Under the pieces are notes generated by a model. That model did not search any database. It saw nothing but the letters and a program-made list of their open reading frames with translations, and had not been told where the DNA came from. From contig NIVC01004019.1 of NCBI GenBank assembly GCA_002269645.1, positions 1 through 49,595 of the forward strand: a DNA stretch of 49,595 nucleotides, read 5' to 3'. Made by a program: the position numbers and the translations under genes. This DNA is from Macrostomum lignano (Eukaryota). The first letter of the stretch is position 1. Every line of letters begins with the position of its first letter. This document shows positions 1 to 11,427 of the stretch, one piece after another.

Positions 1-1
1 C

Positions 2-367
2 ATTGTTCTCAGAGATCTGGCCAATAAATACAGAGAGAGATTATATATTTACTCCCAAAAAGCAGTTGATGATTATAGATTAACTCTTGAAGAGGTTCAA
101 GCAGCTACTGCAATTTATTCAGAATACAGAGAGAAAAGAGATCAATTGTTAGACGCCGGTGTTGCGCCTGAAGAAGTTAACCATTCGGAAGTCGTTGATA
201 AAATTCTCAAAGAGAGTAGACTTGGTCATTCAGCGAAGGAAAAAATTAAAAAGGAACTGCTGGAGAAAGATCTGAGAGAAAAATTGGGTCTAGCCGATAA
301 GCCAAAAGAGTACTCGGCAACACTCAATCTTCAATCAAATGCTCCAAGTGCACCCCCCTATGCTTGA
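2..367 (+). CDS. Polinton hypothetical protein, 5'-partial
   Basis: Frame 2 is open from the window start (IVLRDLANKYRERLYIYSQKAVDDYRL...) through the listed 146-367 ORF and ends NAPSAPPYA*. No family recognised. Confidence 0.55.
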   Translation: MVLRDLANKYRERLYIYSQKAVDDYRLTLEEVQAATAIYSEYREKRDQLLDAGVAPEEVNHSEVVDKILKESRLGHSAKEKIKKELLEKDLREKLGLADKPKEYSATLNLQSNAPSAPPYA

Positions 368-392
368 GTCTGTTTAATTTTTTTTCTTAAAA

Positions 393-3300
393 ATGGAAAG
401 GAAAATACCAGCGGCCTCTTATGAATTATCTCGACACCGTTGAAGAAATTCGCGGTTTAATCTCCCAATTCTTTCGAATATTTGATGGCTAGAGATTCAA
501 TAAAATACAGAATTTCCTTTGTCGCAGAATTTTATAAAGGAACTACCGACAGTTGGATTGAGTTCCAATATCATTCAAAGTATCGAACTTTGTTAAATCT
601 TCTCCAAGTGAAACTAGTATAGAAAGTACAATTCAGGATGTTCTGGATGAATTCGATGGATGGAAGGATAGTTTTAATGAAAGGGGATCAGGATATTATT
701 TTGTTAAGTTAGTAAAGATTGTGTTGAAAGTTGTTGGCATTAATCAGTTGAAAGGAGGAACTTATATTCTAATTCCAATTAAATCAAACGCATTAGTAAA
801 TGTTAAGAACACTAAAGACAATAGGTGCTTTCTCTGGTCTATTTTAGCAAAGCTCCATCCTGTGAAGGAACATAGATATAGAGTTGGTAATATACACAGT
901 ATATAAATGAAATAAACTTAGGAGACGTTAAATTTCCAGTGGACATTCGAGATATCTCTGAGATTGAAAAGTTGAACAGTCTTCATATAAATGTGTTTGG
1001 ATTGAGGGATATAAATACTAAAGAGTCAATATATTCTATTCGTCTGACAGAAGATTACGACAACCCCAATGTTATTGATTTACTACTTGTTGAAAATCAT
1101 TATTGCTTAATAACAGACTTGTGTTTATTCCTCACGTCCCAAAATTACAACAGGGTTTTTCTTTGTCGAAAGTGTCTTCAAGTCAAATACTCCCAGGATG
1201 CACTGGATAATCATAAAGCAATCTGTAATGACTTCAAAGTGTCAATTGAAGTTCCAAAGATTGATAAGAGGATATTAAAGTTTAAAAACTACCACATGAG
1301 TGTAAGAAAACCATTTGTGTTTTATGCAATATTAGATTATGTAACGATGGATGATAAATCACTAGAGCTATCACAATGGACACTTTTTACTAGTTCCGAC
1401 TATGAGGACATTATAAAATCAAATATTATTTTAAATACTACAGTGGAATCATTCGTTGAAACCGTAATAAAAAAGTTTGAGCATATAAAAAATGAAATGG
1501 ATAGATATAAACATCCAAGATTAAGTGATGTCGAAGAGACTGATTACAAAGCGGCAGAACAATGTTTTCTCTGCTCAAGGCCATTTGTAGATAGTAAAAA
1601 AATTCGAGAGCATAATCACTACAATGGTAAATATCGCGGCGCAGCATGTCAATCATGTAATACCAAGGAGGGCAAGGCGAATCAAACAGTACCGTTGTTT
1701 CTCCTGAATGAATCTGGAAAAGATCTAAACTATTTGATAGTTCCATTAACACGAATGAATAAAAAAACATATAATTGGATTTATTTCTAAAACATCGGAA
1801 GACCATGTTGCAATTAAGTGGGGAATTATACCAGTGGTGTTGTGTTTTTAGATGGATCTAGGTTTTTGGAACCACCATTTACACTCTCTGAAGAAGAAAT
1901 AAAATATTTGCCACCCAGTGATACAACAGCAGTAATTAGAAAGATTTACTCATTTGTCAACGCTTTTGAGAAGTTTCGATCAACATTTTTGAAATATTTC
2001 AAGATAGATCCTGCGTATTGCTTTTCCCTTTCTGGATTATCGTGGGCATGTGGGTTGAAATATACTAATGTGGAATTGGAATTACTTGGTGATAAAGAAA
2101 TGATATCCATGGTAGAAAGTGGTATTCGCGGCGGTTTCTCTGGAGTTCTTGGAGATCGATATAAAAAAATGAATAACAAGTATTTAGAAAGTTATGACAG
2201 CAATTCTGAATCGTCGTACATGCTATACTTGGACAAGAATAATTTATATGGTGAAGCAATGATGAAAAATCTACCTGTGGGAGATTTCAAGTTTGAAAAT
2301 GATCTAGAGTATCACAAGAATATTCCTAATGGCAGGGGTTGTTTTCTTGAAGTTGACCTTCAATATACAGAGGAATGTAAGAAAGCTACAAGTAAATATC
2401 CACTGGCTCCTGAGAAACGAACAACTAGGTTTGAGGATTTATCTGATATACAGAAGCAATACTCGAAGTCGAAAAGAAAAAGTTTGTTCAATCCAAGTTG
2501 ATGTTGACATTTTACAACAAGGAGAAATATGTTTTACATCACAGACTACTTGAGTTTTATGAGAAGATGGGCATGCGAGTTGCGAGAGTTTATAGAATTC
2601 TTTCATTCAAAGAGTCAAACTGGTTGAGTAAATACATCGAATTTAATACCAGGCGGAGAATGGAAGCAAAAACTAAATTTGAGAAAGACCTGTGGAAACT
2701 ACTGAACAATTCATTCTACGGTAAAACAATCGAAAATGTAAAGAATAGGTCGAACTTTCATCTTGTAGCTGAAGAAAAAACTGCAAGGCGTTATTTTTCC
2801 AAACCAAATTTCAAAGATTTCATTATGTTTAGTGAGGATGCAGTTGGTGTCCAAATGTACAAAAAGACAATTGCGTGTGACAAGCCAATTTATTTAGGAA
2901 TGGCTATTCTGGATTATGCAAAAATGCTAATGTACGATTGCTATTACAATTTATTGAGAAGAATTGGAACAGCTGTCAATTGCACTATTCTGATTGTGAT
3001 TCGCTATATTCTCAGTGATTACTCAGGATGTTTATGAGGATCTTGAAAAAATTAAAGAACACTTAGACACATCGGATTATCCAAGAGAGCATCCACTATA
3101 CTCCGAGACGAACAAGAAAGTTATTGGAAAGTTGAAAGATGAAATGAATGGCTCAATAATTTCCGAAGCTGTATTCCTGCGGTCAAAGGAGTATGCTTTC
3201 ACTACAGTTTCAGGGGAGTGTGTTACGATCAAGGGGGTTGATAAAAGCAGTACAAATATAAAGTTTGAAACTTTAAAAACATACTATTGACAGATTACAA

Positions 3301-3448
3301 AGATATTCAAAGAGGTAGAGTAAGTATGACTGTATCTGAAAAAAATAAAATATATATTCGTGAGATTATGAAACAAACAATGAGTCCGTTAGATGATAAA
3401 AGATATTATTTGGATCCTATCAGATCTATTCCTCATCAGCCAATGTAA
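393..3448 (+). CDS. polB: Protein-primed family B DNA polymerase with an EndoVII-like Zn/His-Me insertion; several 1-nt frameshifts as assembled
   Basis: Motifs across consecutive ORFs: NVKNTKDNRCFLWSILAKLHP; CFLC...REHNHYNGKYRGAACQSCN; GIRGG; motif A YLDKNNLYG; motif B KLLNNSFYGK; motif C YSDCDS (alternate frame, ~2985-3005); KKVIGKLKDE; C-terminal DDKRYY. ATG at 393 in TAAAAATG context, stop at 3446-3448. Confidence 0.95.
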
Positions 3449-3469
3449 TCTCATTGATAACATCTTCGT

Positions 3470-5920
3470 TTATTTTTTTACACAGTAAAACAGAACATTT
3501 CTAGTTTCTTGCTGTTTACCATCTATCCTACGCCTATATCTATCCTTATAATACTTACAATAGTCATTGTGATTCTTGAAGAAATCTGTTATGTATTGTT
3601 GTTGGAATTCACGTTTCTCACGTTGGGCTAGAGTCCTATAGTATTCACTCTCTGTTGCGGCAGTGTAAATTTCTCTAATAAGCAAAAATGTTTTTTCCTC
3701 AGTTTCTAAAAATTCATAATTCTCTTCAAAGAAGTGAGCAAACCAATTACAATTCTGTATGAATTCATTAGTGTTTTCAATTACGCTTTTCGATCGATAT
3801 ATTTCACCCTTTGTTTGCTTGAAAATTTCTAGTAGGTGTTTCATCTCAGCAAACTTATATTTATTCTTAAACTCCTCTTAAGATATGAATCGGCTTTATA
3901 AATGTGTTTCGCATGATCAATGATGTCGGTATCTGTTGTATATTTACATGGGTAATTAATATTTATAATTCGTCTTTTTTCTGCATCTCCAATATTTTGT
4001 CTAAAGTCAGGCTTGTTATTACATTCGACTATTAGGTTGCGTGTAAAACGACATTACACTGGCTTGAATATAAATTTCTAGCTTGGATAACCCCACCACC
4101 AGTTAGTAATTTTATTGATGCATTGTTCAAGACACCACTTACTTCTTGACTGATAACCAACCTCTTTTTATTAATTTGTGCTAGGGCTGGTTGTGGCCTG
4201 TCTATTCTTATTGGTAAATTCAAAACATCAGGACTCAGTGGTGCTGCATAATCAGATCCTAGAGTTCTAAGAAGTAGGTTGTCCTCAACCCCTTGCCATT
4301 TCCACCAGCGCCATCAAACATTATAAAGTTTTCAACATTCTTACCCATTAGAGCTGTGGCTATAACGGATTCCCAACTTTTCTATTTTCTGGATCGGGAT
4401 GAATTTGGTTATGCAGATTAACAATGAAGCCATAGTCGTAATCACTCACTCCAAGTACATCCGAGTAATTATATCCCACCGATTTAGTAACGTAATCGTC
4501 ATATCTATACTCGCGAAACTCACCTGTAAGGAGGTCGTATACTCCATCGTTAAACCCTAGCAATTCCATTTCATGTCGAATTCAATTTCATTGTTAGTAA
4601 ACCTCTCTTTGAACAAAGTAGTTACCTGTTTGAGTTTGTTGGCTCCTTGTATTGAATTTATATTCTTTATTGTACTCTGTAGTTTCTTTTCAAGTGCTTT
4701 TAACTTCTCTTTATCATCAGCCGCCTTCTTAATTGCAATTTCGAGTCTAGTCTTTCGGTGGTTTAACTCACTGCTAACAAGTTGATATTTTAAGAAATAT
4801 GTCATTTATACTACTTAGTTCTCTCCACTTATCATCATCAAAATAGTAAATACCATCGCTATTGTAAATTATATTATTCTTCTTATATTCATAAACAAAG
4901 TTGGTTATGTTAACGTCAGTGAAATTATCATCAAGATACTCAATCCTACCATAGTAATCATATTTGCTTTTCCATTCCTTATATTTACAATAATTTTCTT
5001 CACTAGCCCATTTCTTCAACGTACCGATAGTAAGTCTGTCCTGTGCATCAGCAGAGCTGGTATTGGTGCTATTCCACACATTTTTACATGCCTCGGAATC
5101 GAACTTATCATAATTTACTTTTGACCAATCAGTGAATACTTTGTACATTTCATCACCACTGTCTATGTCGCGGAGTATAAGTGCAACCTTGTACCAAGAA
5201 TCATAGTCTTGGTTTTTGTGTTGTATTATACTTAACAACTTTGAAACTCCTTCACAACTGGGTGATGGAACGGTGCTTTTTAGTGCCTGTTTATCTTGTT
5301 CTTGGATTTCATTTTTATCCGTGGCTTTATTAATCTATTTATCTCATCAAGAATTACATCTGGCATGTCTATAAGTCCCTCGCACTTTGTACGTTTGTAT
5401 TCCTTCATTTCACCATCCACATAATAGAAACCTGGTGGAGCAAATACTAAGCTGGAATATCAAAACCCACACTTTGTTGAATCGTTACTTTCAATCCATC
5501 TACTTTGTTAAAGTAAAAGTGGTGTCCCTTGTTTGTCTGAACAACCCAATCACAATGAGTCATACACAGTTCATTCAACTCAGGGCATAGGTCAGCATTA
5601 TCAATATCGATTACGGTTATATTTGAGTTTCTAGTATCTATCCAAATCATGTTGTCTACCTCTGGTCGAAATGGTGGGAGGTTGAATTCCTATCTGCTTT
5701 GTTGGCATTCCTGACGGTATTTTTTTCTTTGTTTTACTATTCCATGTTACACTGCAACTTCCGAATTTAAAATTAAGTTCTCCATAGAGATTAATTAGTT
5801 TATCGTACGATTTTGTTTGTTTTAAATTTGTCAATCTTGGTGGTGGGCATCATGTTTTTGAAGCGGATCCTGTACGATCACAGGAGAGAAACTTGAATCG
5901 TTTTGATTTTTTCTTTCCAT
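3470..5920 (-). CDS. Primase-helicase (Prim-Pol + PriCT-2 + D5-like SF3 helicase), fragmented by frameshifts
   Basis: ITVIDID...VVQTNKGHHFYF (prim-pol, 5447-5650); YDSWYKVALIL...FTDWS...LTIGTLKKWA (PriCT-2, 4774-5238); LLGFNDGVYDLLTGEFR (D5_N, 4360-4569); Walker A GAGGNGKG at ~4290-4315; LAQINKKRLVISQE...IKLLTGGGVIQARNLY (4032-4223). ATG at 5920 in TAAAATG context. Confidence 0.88.
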
Positions 5921-6374
5921 TTTATTTAAAATAAATTTAACAATATAATTCATCAGTTTCAATGTACTTCTCAAGGGTTATGGGGAGTTTGAAAATGTTC
6001 AACTTAAGCATGACGAAAAATTCATCATTCCTTATGTGCTGTCTTGAAATCAATGCCCATTTATCAACATGTGCAAGATATACTCTGAATGAATACAAAT
6101 AAGGGGGCATTTACAATCGGTGTGTTTTAATATTTCTGCTTTATATTCATCGTAAGCTTTATCAATTTCTTCAATTAGTCGAGCCTTTCGAGTGGTGTTT
6201 TTATTTGAGAGAAATTTATAATAGAATCATAATACTTTTGTGGCAGTGCATTTCGTACATTTGGGTTAGCTTCCATTTTTCTATGAAAAATTTAACATTT
6301 TTGCTTTCTTTTGGGCAAATTTCTATAGATAATCCAACTTTAGCATTTTCTGTGTATCATTATACTTTGTCTTC

Positions 6375-6590
6375 TTAATTTTTCGCTACTTTTGCGCCTA
6401 CTTCATTGGCAGCTTTTTTATTATTGACTGTCTTTGCGATTCCGGCTGCACCTGCCTGTCTTATGAGAGGTAGATTGTCTTTTAGTAAGTTGGAATGGTG
6501 CTTCTAGTATCAAAATACCCTCTCCATTGTACTCTAGGGCTCACCTATTGTATACTCTCTTAGCTTGCGTGGATCTGTAACGGGGCACAT
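6375..6590 (-). pseudogene. Possible degenerate small core/membrane-active protein (second pX-like copy)
   Basis: AAAAATG start at 6590. Broken frames contain NGEGIL and LPLIRQAGAAGIAKTVNNKKAANE, resembling the 13603-14055 protein. Needs frameshifts to join. Confidence 0.3.
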
Positions 6591-6752
6591 TTTTGTCTAT
6601 TTTTAGAAACAGAAAAATAAACACAGGAACAGAAAGACTTTCAGACACCAAAGGCCAAACTCCATTGGGCTAAATGTGGCCTGCTCAAAGCGGTGATATA
6701 TTTGTTTAAATTATTACCTTAATAAATGTTTGATATCAAATCATGTTGATAA

Positions 6753-7022
6753 TTATGGCGCATTAGATGGTTCTATATCAGCGCGGCATGTTGGGCACCT
6801 AACCATGTTGCCCTCTTGAATTCCAGTGCGATAACATATTTCACAAACTACAGCTCGACAACATGCCATGGTAACGTTTGGTGGCCGTGGTTCGTGTTGG
6901 CAGATTGGACAAAGCCCTTGATTATTCCCCGGCTGAGCTGGATGGTTCTGTACTTGAGTCGGGTTATCCTCTGGTTGAATATCAGCTAGTTGGTGCTCCA
7001 TATCTTGGCGATAAGCAACCAA
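6753..7022 (-). CDS. RING-finger protein (putative E3 ligase)
   Basis: CPIC-x10-CC-x4-CEIC-x11-CPTC Cys spacing. May be the 3' part of a longer frameshifted gene. Confidence 0.7.
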   Translation of the reverse strand: MVAYRQDMEHQLADIQPEDNPTQVQNHPAQPGNNQGLCPICQHEPRPPNVTMACCRAVVCEICYRTGIQEGNMVRCPTCRADIEPSNAP

Positions 7023-7136
7023 GCGCCTCTCTGCTTCTTGAACGCGACGTTTTTGAAGATAGTAGTTCTAGGAAAGGGTTTGGTGCGCTCGTATATGATT
7101 TTTGTAAACTAAAACCTTATAATGTAAAAACACTTT

Positions 7137-7328
7137 TTAACTAACCTTTAGCTGATTAAAGAAGCGCTCTTCATTAGCCAAATTTTGTGGGTTATACTCC
7201 AAAAAGATGTTGATGGCAATATCTCTAAACATTGAGTTCCTATGGTGTTGTCGCAAATTTCGCTCTCGAATTCTAAGAGTTGCTCTAGCGGCAGTAAGCC
7301 TCTCGTGCAAATTCGAGAAAGAAGGCAT
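7137..7328 (-). CDS. Hypothetical protein (possibly the N-terminal part of the RING gene)
   Basis: 63-aa ORF with an ATG start, co-oriented with its neighbours. No motif recognised. Confidence 0.35.
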   Translation of the reverse strand: MPSFSNLHERLTAARATLRIRERNLRQHHRNSMFRDIAINIFLEYNPQNLANEERFFNQLKVS

Positions 7329-7436
7329 TGTAGGAATGATAATTTGTAAGAAGGTAAAGTTAGTAGAGAAAAATTACTAGACCTTGCCGCTCGTGGCCAT
7401 TCATTTATATATTTTTATGACAAAACGTCAGACCCC

Positions 7437-7537
7437 GCATTCCATTCAGACCAAAACACGAGACCAATTTTTATCTTTTTATTTTTCGAAATTTTCTTCT
7501 CGCGTTTTGGTCTCGCGTTTTGGTCTGAATGGAATGC
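7437..7537. repeat. 30-bp inverted repeat (1 mismatch) with 41-nt spacer
   Basis: GCATTCCATTCAGACCAAAACACGAGACCA (7437-7466) vs TGGTCTCGCGTTTTGGTCTGAATGGAATGC (7508-7537). Confidence 0.9.
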
Positions 7538-7545
7538 ATGACTCA

Positions 7546-8025
7546 GTGTAGCAAGAGTATAAGATAAAAAATATAAAACCCCGAATTCCTGTGTTAGTCA
7601 TCGAGTGAAGTTTGCCTACTTGCTTTGCTATCTTGGTCGGACAATAGCCGACCATATTGTTGCGGTGCGAGCTTGCTTCTGTGTAGCAAGAGTAGATGAA
7701 AAATATAAAACCCCGAATTCCTGTGTTAGTCATCGAGTGAAGTTTGCCTACTTGCTTTGCTATCTTGGTCGGACAATAGCCGACCATATTGTTGCGGTGC
7801 GAGCTTGCTTCTGTGTAGCAAGAGTATAAGATAAAAAATATACAACCCCGAATTCCTGCGTTACTCATTGAGTAAAGTTTGCCTACTTGCTTTGCTACGG
7901 TGGTTGGACAATAGCCGACCATATTATTGCTCTGCGAGATTGCTTCTGTGTGTAGCAAAAGTAGATGAAAAATATACAACCCCGAATTCCTGCGTTAGTC
8001 ACTGAGTGAAGTTTGCCTACTTGCC
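7546..8025. repeat. About 3.5 copies of a 132-135 bp tandem repeat with an internal hairpin
   Basis: GAATTC recurs at 7583, 7715, 7850 and 7984. The first two units carry the stem-loop TGGTCGG-ACAATAG-CCGACCA; it is degenerate in the third. Confidence 0.92.
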
Positions 8026-8120
8026 AGCTTCCTAAGATAGTAATTTTTGTTTATTGACCCCGTTGGGAGTTTTTGTGCTTATGTTGTGTGTTTTAATGGT
8101 GACTATGGTGTTATGTCTAA

Positions 8121-9465
8121 TTATGTGACAATTATGTCTAAAATCGGATAAAGTTGAAAGCCTGAAACAATAAGAACAGTTGATCCTTCAGTGGCTGAAT
8201 TAATATGCACTCTATAAACAGAGAATTTTTCGATGGAAGCTACTTCGAAATACTTCATCACTCCAGGAACTAAACCAGCGTTTTCGGTAGAAAAAATATT
8301 CTTAAAGTCTCTCTTGTTATTGCTTCCTTTCAGAATAAAACTTTTTGGTTGATTTTTTATAATTTCACTACCACTGCTTTGGTTCCTTTCAATCCGAATT
8401 TCCAAATTTGAATAGACTCGGAAGTTGTACTTCAATGTAAGAATTGGGTTCATTCCTCGATGCCCATTCTGAATTAGATACTATATAACCCCAATTATCT
8501 GACGTTTCAAATGCTCCTGATGACGCTACATTGAAACCCCTTTCTCTATAGTTTTGACGTGTTGCTAGTGGGGAATATATCCTGTATAAGATTTGAAACC
8601 TAGTCCCCGCCTTAGTCGCAGCTCCACTGATTCAAGTGCATTGTCTACGTATAGCTTTGGTACAGCTTGAAGTCTATCTATAGGCCACACTAAATCATTA
8701 ACCACTGTTTGTCTCTCAAGTAATTCAACTTTTGTAAGCTTTACGGAACCAGAAAAATTAAGAGAATAATGGAAATAATATGAGGGATTGGGTATTTTTT
8801 TCCTAAGATGTGCATTGCCCTTCGTAGTTCAATGGGTGCACTTTGTTCAACAGGTGTCCAGTTTGTTCCATTTAGGCTCACACTAACAGACCAACCAGGC
8901 CACACCTCTCCTTCCAACTTTATCTCTACAACTTTCCTAGCTCTTTTCAGAAATTGAACTCGTATCCACTTGTCTGAGTCATCTACACTGCTCCATTCTG
9001 AAGCTGGGTTTGAATCTGCAACATGATATGCTGCTGAAGAGTTATGAGAAGCGGTCACTTTCATGTCAGGATCGGAAGCGTTTGAAGTCAGTAATGAAAG
9101 AATATTGACTAATTTCGAACTCTCTGTACCCCCACAGTACCTTGCCTTTCTGCTAACAAAGTGTCAATTTCGGTTTTAGAATACATCTTAGTGTCAATTT
9201 CGGTTTTTGTGTAGACATTGTTTACGCGCCCATGAGCATCGTCAATTAATTGTAGCATGGTGATATTCATTGCGTCACTATCTTCCTTTGAATAAGAGTC
9301 TGAAACATTTCTCTTTGCTAACAATAAATTATCTATTTCCTCTCTCTTATATCCTTCATTTTCATTGATGTATCGATCATCAGCTAACGCTATTGTTATT
9401 CCAGGCGCTATATCATTTGAATTTGACGAGTAACCAAATTGATTGGCAGTATTCTTGTAACTCAT
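8121..9465 (-). CDS. Fibre/spike-like protein: Y(T/S)KTEID repeats plus two discoidin (F5/8 type C)-like domains; frameshifted
   Basis: YTKTEIDTKMYSKTEID in 9109-9465. One extra G in the G run near 9130 joins it to ...ADSNPASEWSSVDDSDKWIRVQF...VSLNGTNWTPV (8741-9064). A second domain, SEWASRNEPNSYIEVQLP...PKSFILKGSNN...YRVHI...FQLY, spans ~8121-8530. Confidence 0.65.
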
Positions 9466-9892
9466 TTTAATTGCTGCAAAATTTCATTATAGCTATCTCC
9501 TTTATCGATTCGGTGTAAAAAGTACAGCGACATTTGACCACAAATTTCTTATCAAAAGTTTGAATTTGTTCTTCCATGTCTCCACATATTCTATTCTTTG
9601 TGTGATTAAACTTTTCCATAATTTCCAGTGTGGGCGGTAGTGCATAGGAATCAAAAAAATAAACCTTATCAGGAGCTGAAAATATAGCTGAATGATGTAT
9701 ACCCCGTTCTTTCGAAGTGTGAATATTTGTCATAAAGTAACCATACTGTGGTAAATCAACAATTTCATCTCTCATGGCATAGCGAAATGGTTTTAACTTG
9801 AGATATTTTGCCCAATTTATCAGATCAATATTAGTCGTAGTGTCAGTCCCAAACTTTTGTTTAAATGCATTCCATGTCTCAGCTTCGCTCAT
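9462..9892 (-). CDS. Adenain-like cysteine protease (one frameshift before the catalytic Cys)
   Basis: GIHHSAI (His), YFFDSYALPP (Asp), QIQ (oxyanion Gln). One extra T in AAATTTGTGG restores KKFCGQMSLYFL...QQLK*, whose TGA overlaps the next ATG. Confidence 0.88.
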
Positions 9893-9901
9893 TTTTAACA
9901 C

Positions 9902-10691
9902 TCATATTTGTCGTACGTGTAGATTTATAAATATTTCCTCGCCATCAAAGTCGTATAGAACACCAGACTCATCTTCGATGACAAAGTCGAATGTGCTCAA
10001 CATGTTTGTAGTTAGTGGTAGGTACACAGGATTTGCAGGCTCTTGAATAATTTTACTTCCCATTGGGACAGAGAACGATGGAATTGAAAGAAGTATTTGC
10101 TTATCAATTAAATGATTTCCATTGGCTGGATCAGTGATAAAACCCCCTTTGATATTGAGACAACGAACCATGATCGCACTTCTAGCTCCGTCTATCCGAG
10201 CTGGATTTGGAGCTCTCTCAAATGGTTTCAAATACACTTCCGAATTGAATCCCAACAGTCTTCTAAAGTTATTGGAATGTGCATCCCTGAAATCAACTTG
10301 ATACTCTGTGGCTAACCGTAACTCAACTCTACGCGTGTCTAGGCTTGCACTGAAAACAATAGCCCCCTCTTTCCAATCATTTGCAGCTGTTAGCAATCTT
10401 TGAATCTCGCTTGACAGACTTTTAACTTCCCAAGATCCGCTTGAATCTTTATTTTTTCCATGTTCTACCACTATCCCTCGAGTATCGCAACTCATTATTG
10501 CCTCCTTCAATATTGTTAATAGCATCAAAGACTGCAAACTTTTTTATACCAGCTTCGTATTCTCGATCTTCATACAAATTTATAGGAGTGCCTAGAGTTT
10601 GTCGAAATGGGTTTTTAATTGAAAAGAAGTCAAATGTGCGTTGAAACTTTTTACTCAAGAGGATGTTGACTTTTTCTATTTCTTTTTCCAT
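9902..10691 (-). CDS. Minor capsid protein (penton), frameshifted near 10450
   Basis: PINLYEDREYEAG...NNIEGGNNELRYSRDSGRTW, GSWEV, LLGF, IMVRC, PANPVYLP, IEDESGVLYDFDGEEIFINLHVR: the Polinton mCP pattern. Confidence 0.85.
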
Positions 10692-10693
10692 TT

Positions 10694-11425
10694 TTAAGCA
10701 AGTAATTCTACTAGCTCTTTATCAACATTGTTATGTCCCTCTGCTTTTGCGGCTAGTAATGTCAACACTCTTTCACTGAGTCCAGATCCCGGTTTTACTC
10801 GATATCCTGGTGGATTATCTTTCAATATCCTTACTGCTTGCTTATAATTCCCACTTGATTTGGCCGCTGGATTTTTACAATGTTCAATGAGGTTAACATA
10901 ATCCTGCAATGTTTGCATCTTGAATTGCTTCAGCTCTTCACCATTTTCAGTTACTTTAGGCATTTTGAACAACTCTTCAAGATCTTCAGAAAATGGCATT
11001 CGGAATTCATTGACAATGATGTCTCGACCTTGTTCATGGAATTCAACATCTATTACAGATGATCCAAATATATATCCAGCATCAGTTTTTTGAATCCGTA
11101 TACTAGGCGCTGGTCTTTGAGTTATCGGAATCTTTCCAATTTCTTCAATTATTTTGTCAAATACTTCTAGGGGTTCAAATCGGCCTTTTGGTGTACTTGA
11201 TTGCGGAACTGGAACTTTTTGATTCTGAAGTTTATCAACAAGGTTGGCATTGACATCAATAAATTCATCGAGCTTTTCTGTGACAGGTTTTTGAGCTAAT
11301 GGAGCCACTCTTGCATATAAACTCTCTTCTCCAATTTTCAAATAGCGTTGAGTATCATTTCTGGATTTGTACGTTTCTCGCTGCTTTGCTAAATTAATGA
11401 GTTCTCTTATATATTCATTAGTCAT
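10694..11425 (-). CDS. Polinton hypothetical protein (243 aa)
   Basis: Intact ORF with TAAAAATG junctions at both ends. The C-terminal GSGL...LLAAKAEGHNN resembles a motif seen in Polinton accessory proteins. Confidence 0.7.
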   Translation of the reverse strand: MTNEYIRELINLAKQRETYKSRNDTQRYLKIGEESLYARVAPLAQKPVTEKLDEFIDVNANLVDKLQNQKVPVPQSSTPKGRFEPLEVFDKIIEEIGKIPITQRPAPSIRIQKTDAGYIFGSSVIDVEFHEQGRDIIVNEFRMPFSEDLEELFKMPKVTENGEELKQFKMQTLQDYVNLIEHCKNPAAKSSGNYKQAVRILKDNPPGYRVKPGSGLSERVLTLLAAKAEGHNNVDKELVELLA

Positions 11426-11427
11426 TT

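Noticed and set aside
349-364. PPxY late domain
   Set aside because: The sequence is PPYA, which does not match PPxY. Only PSAP is present.
5950-6370. Possible additional minus-strand gene
   Set aside because: Multiple stops in all frames and no recognisable motif, so it cannot be supported.
7546-8025. CRISPR array or true baculovirus hr homologue; ORFs 7479-7979 and 7605-7829
   Set aside because: The units repeat in full without spacers, and GAATTC is not at the centre of a long palindrome. The ORFs are just translations of the repeat.
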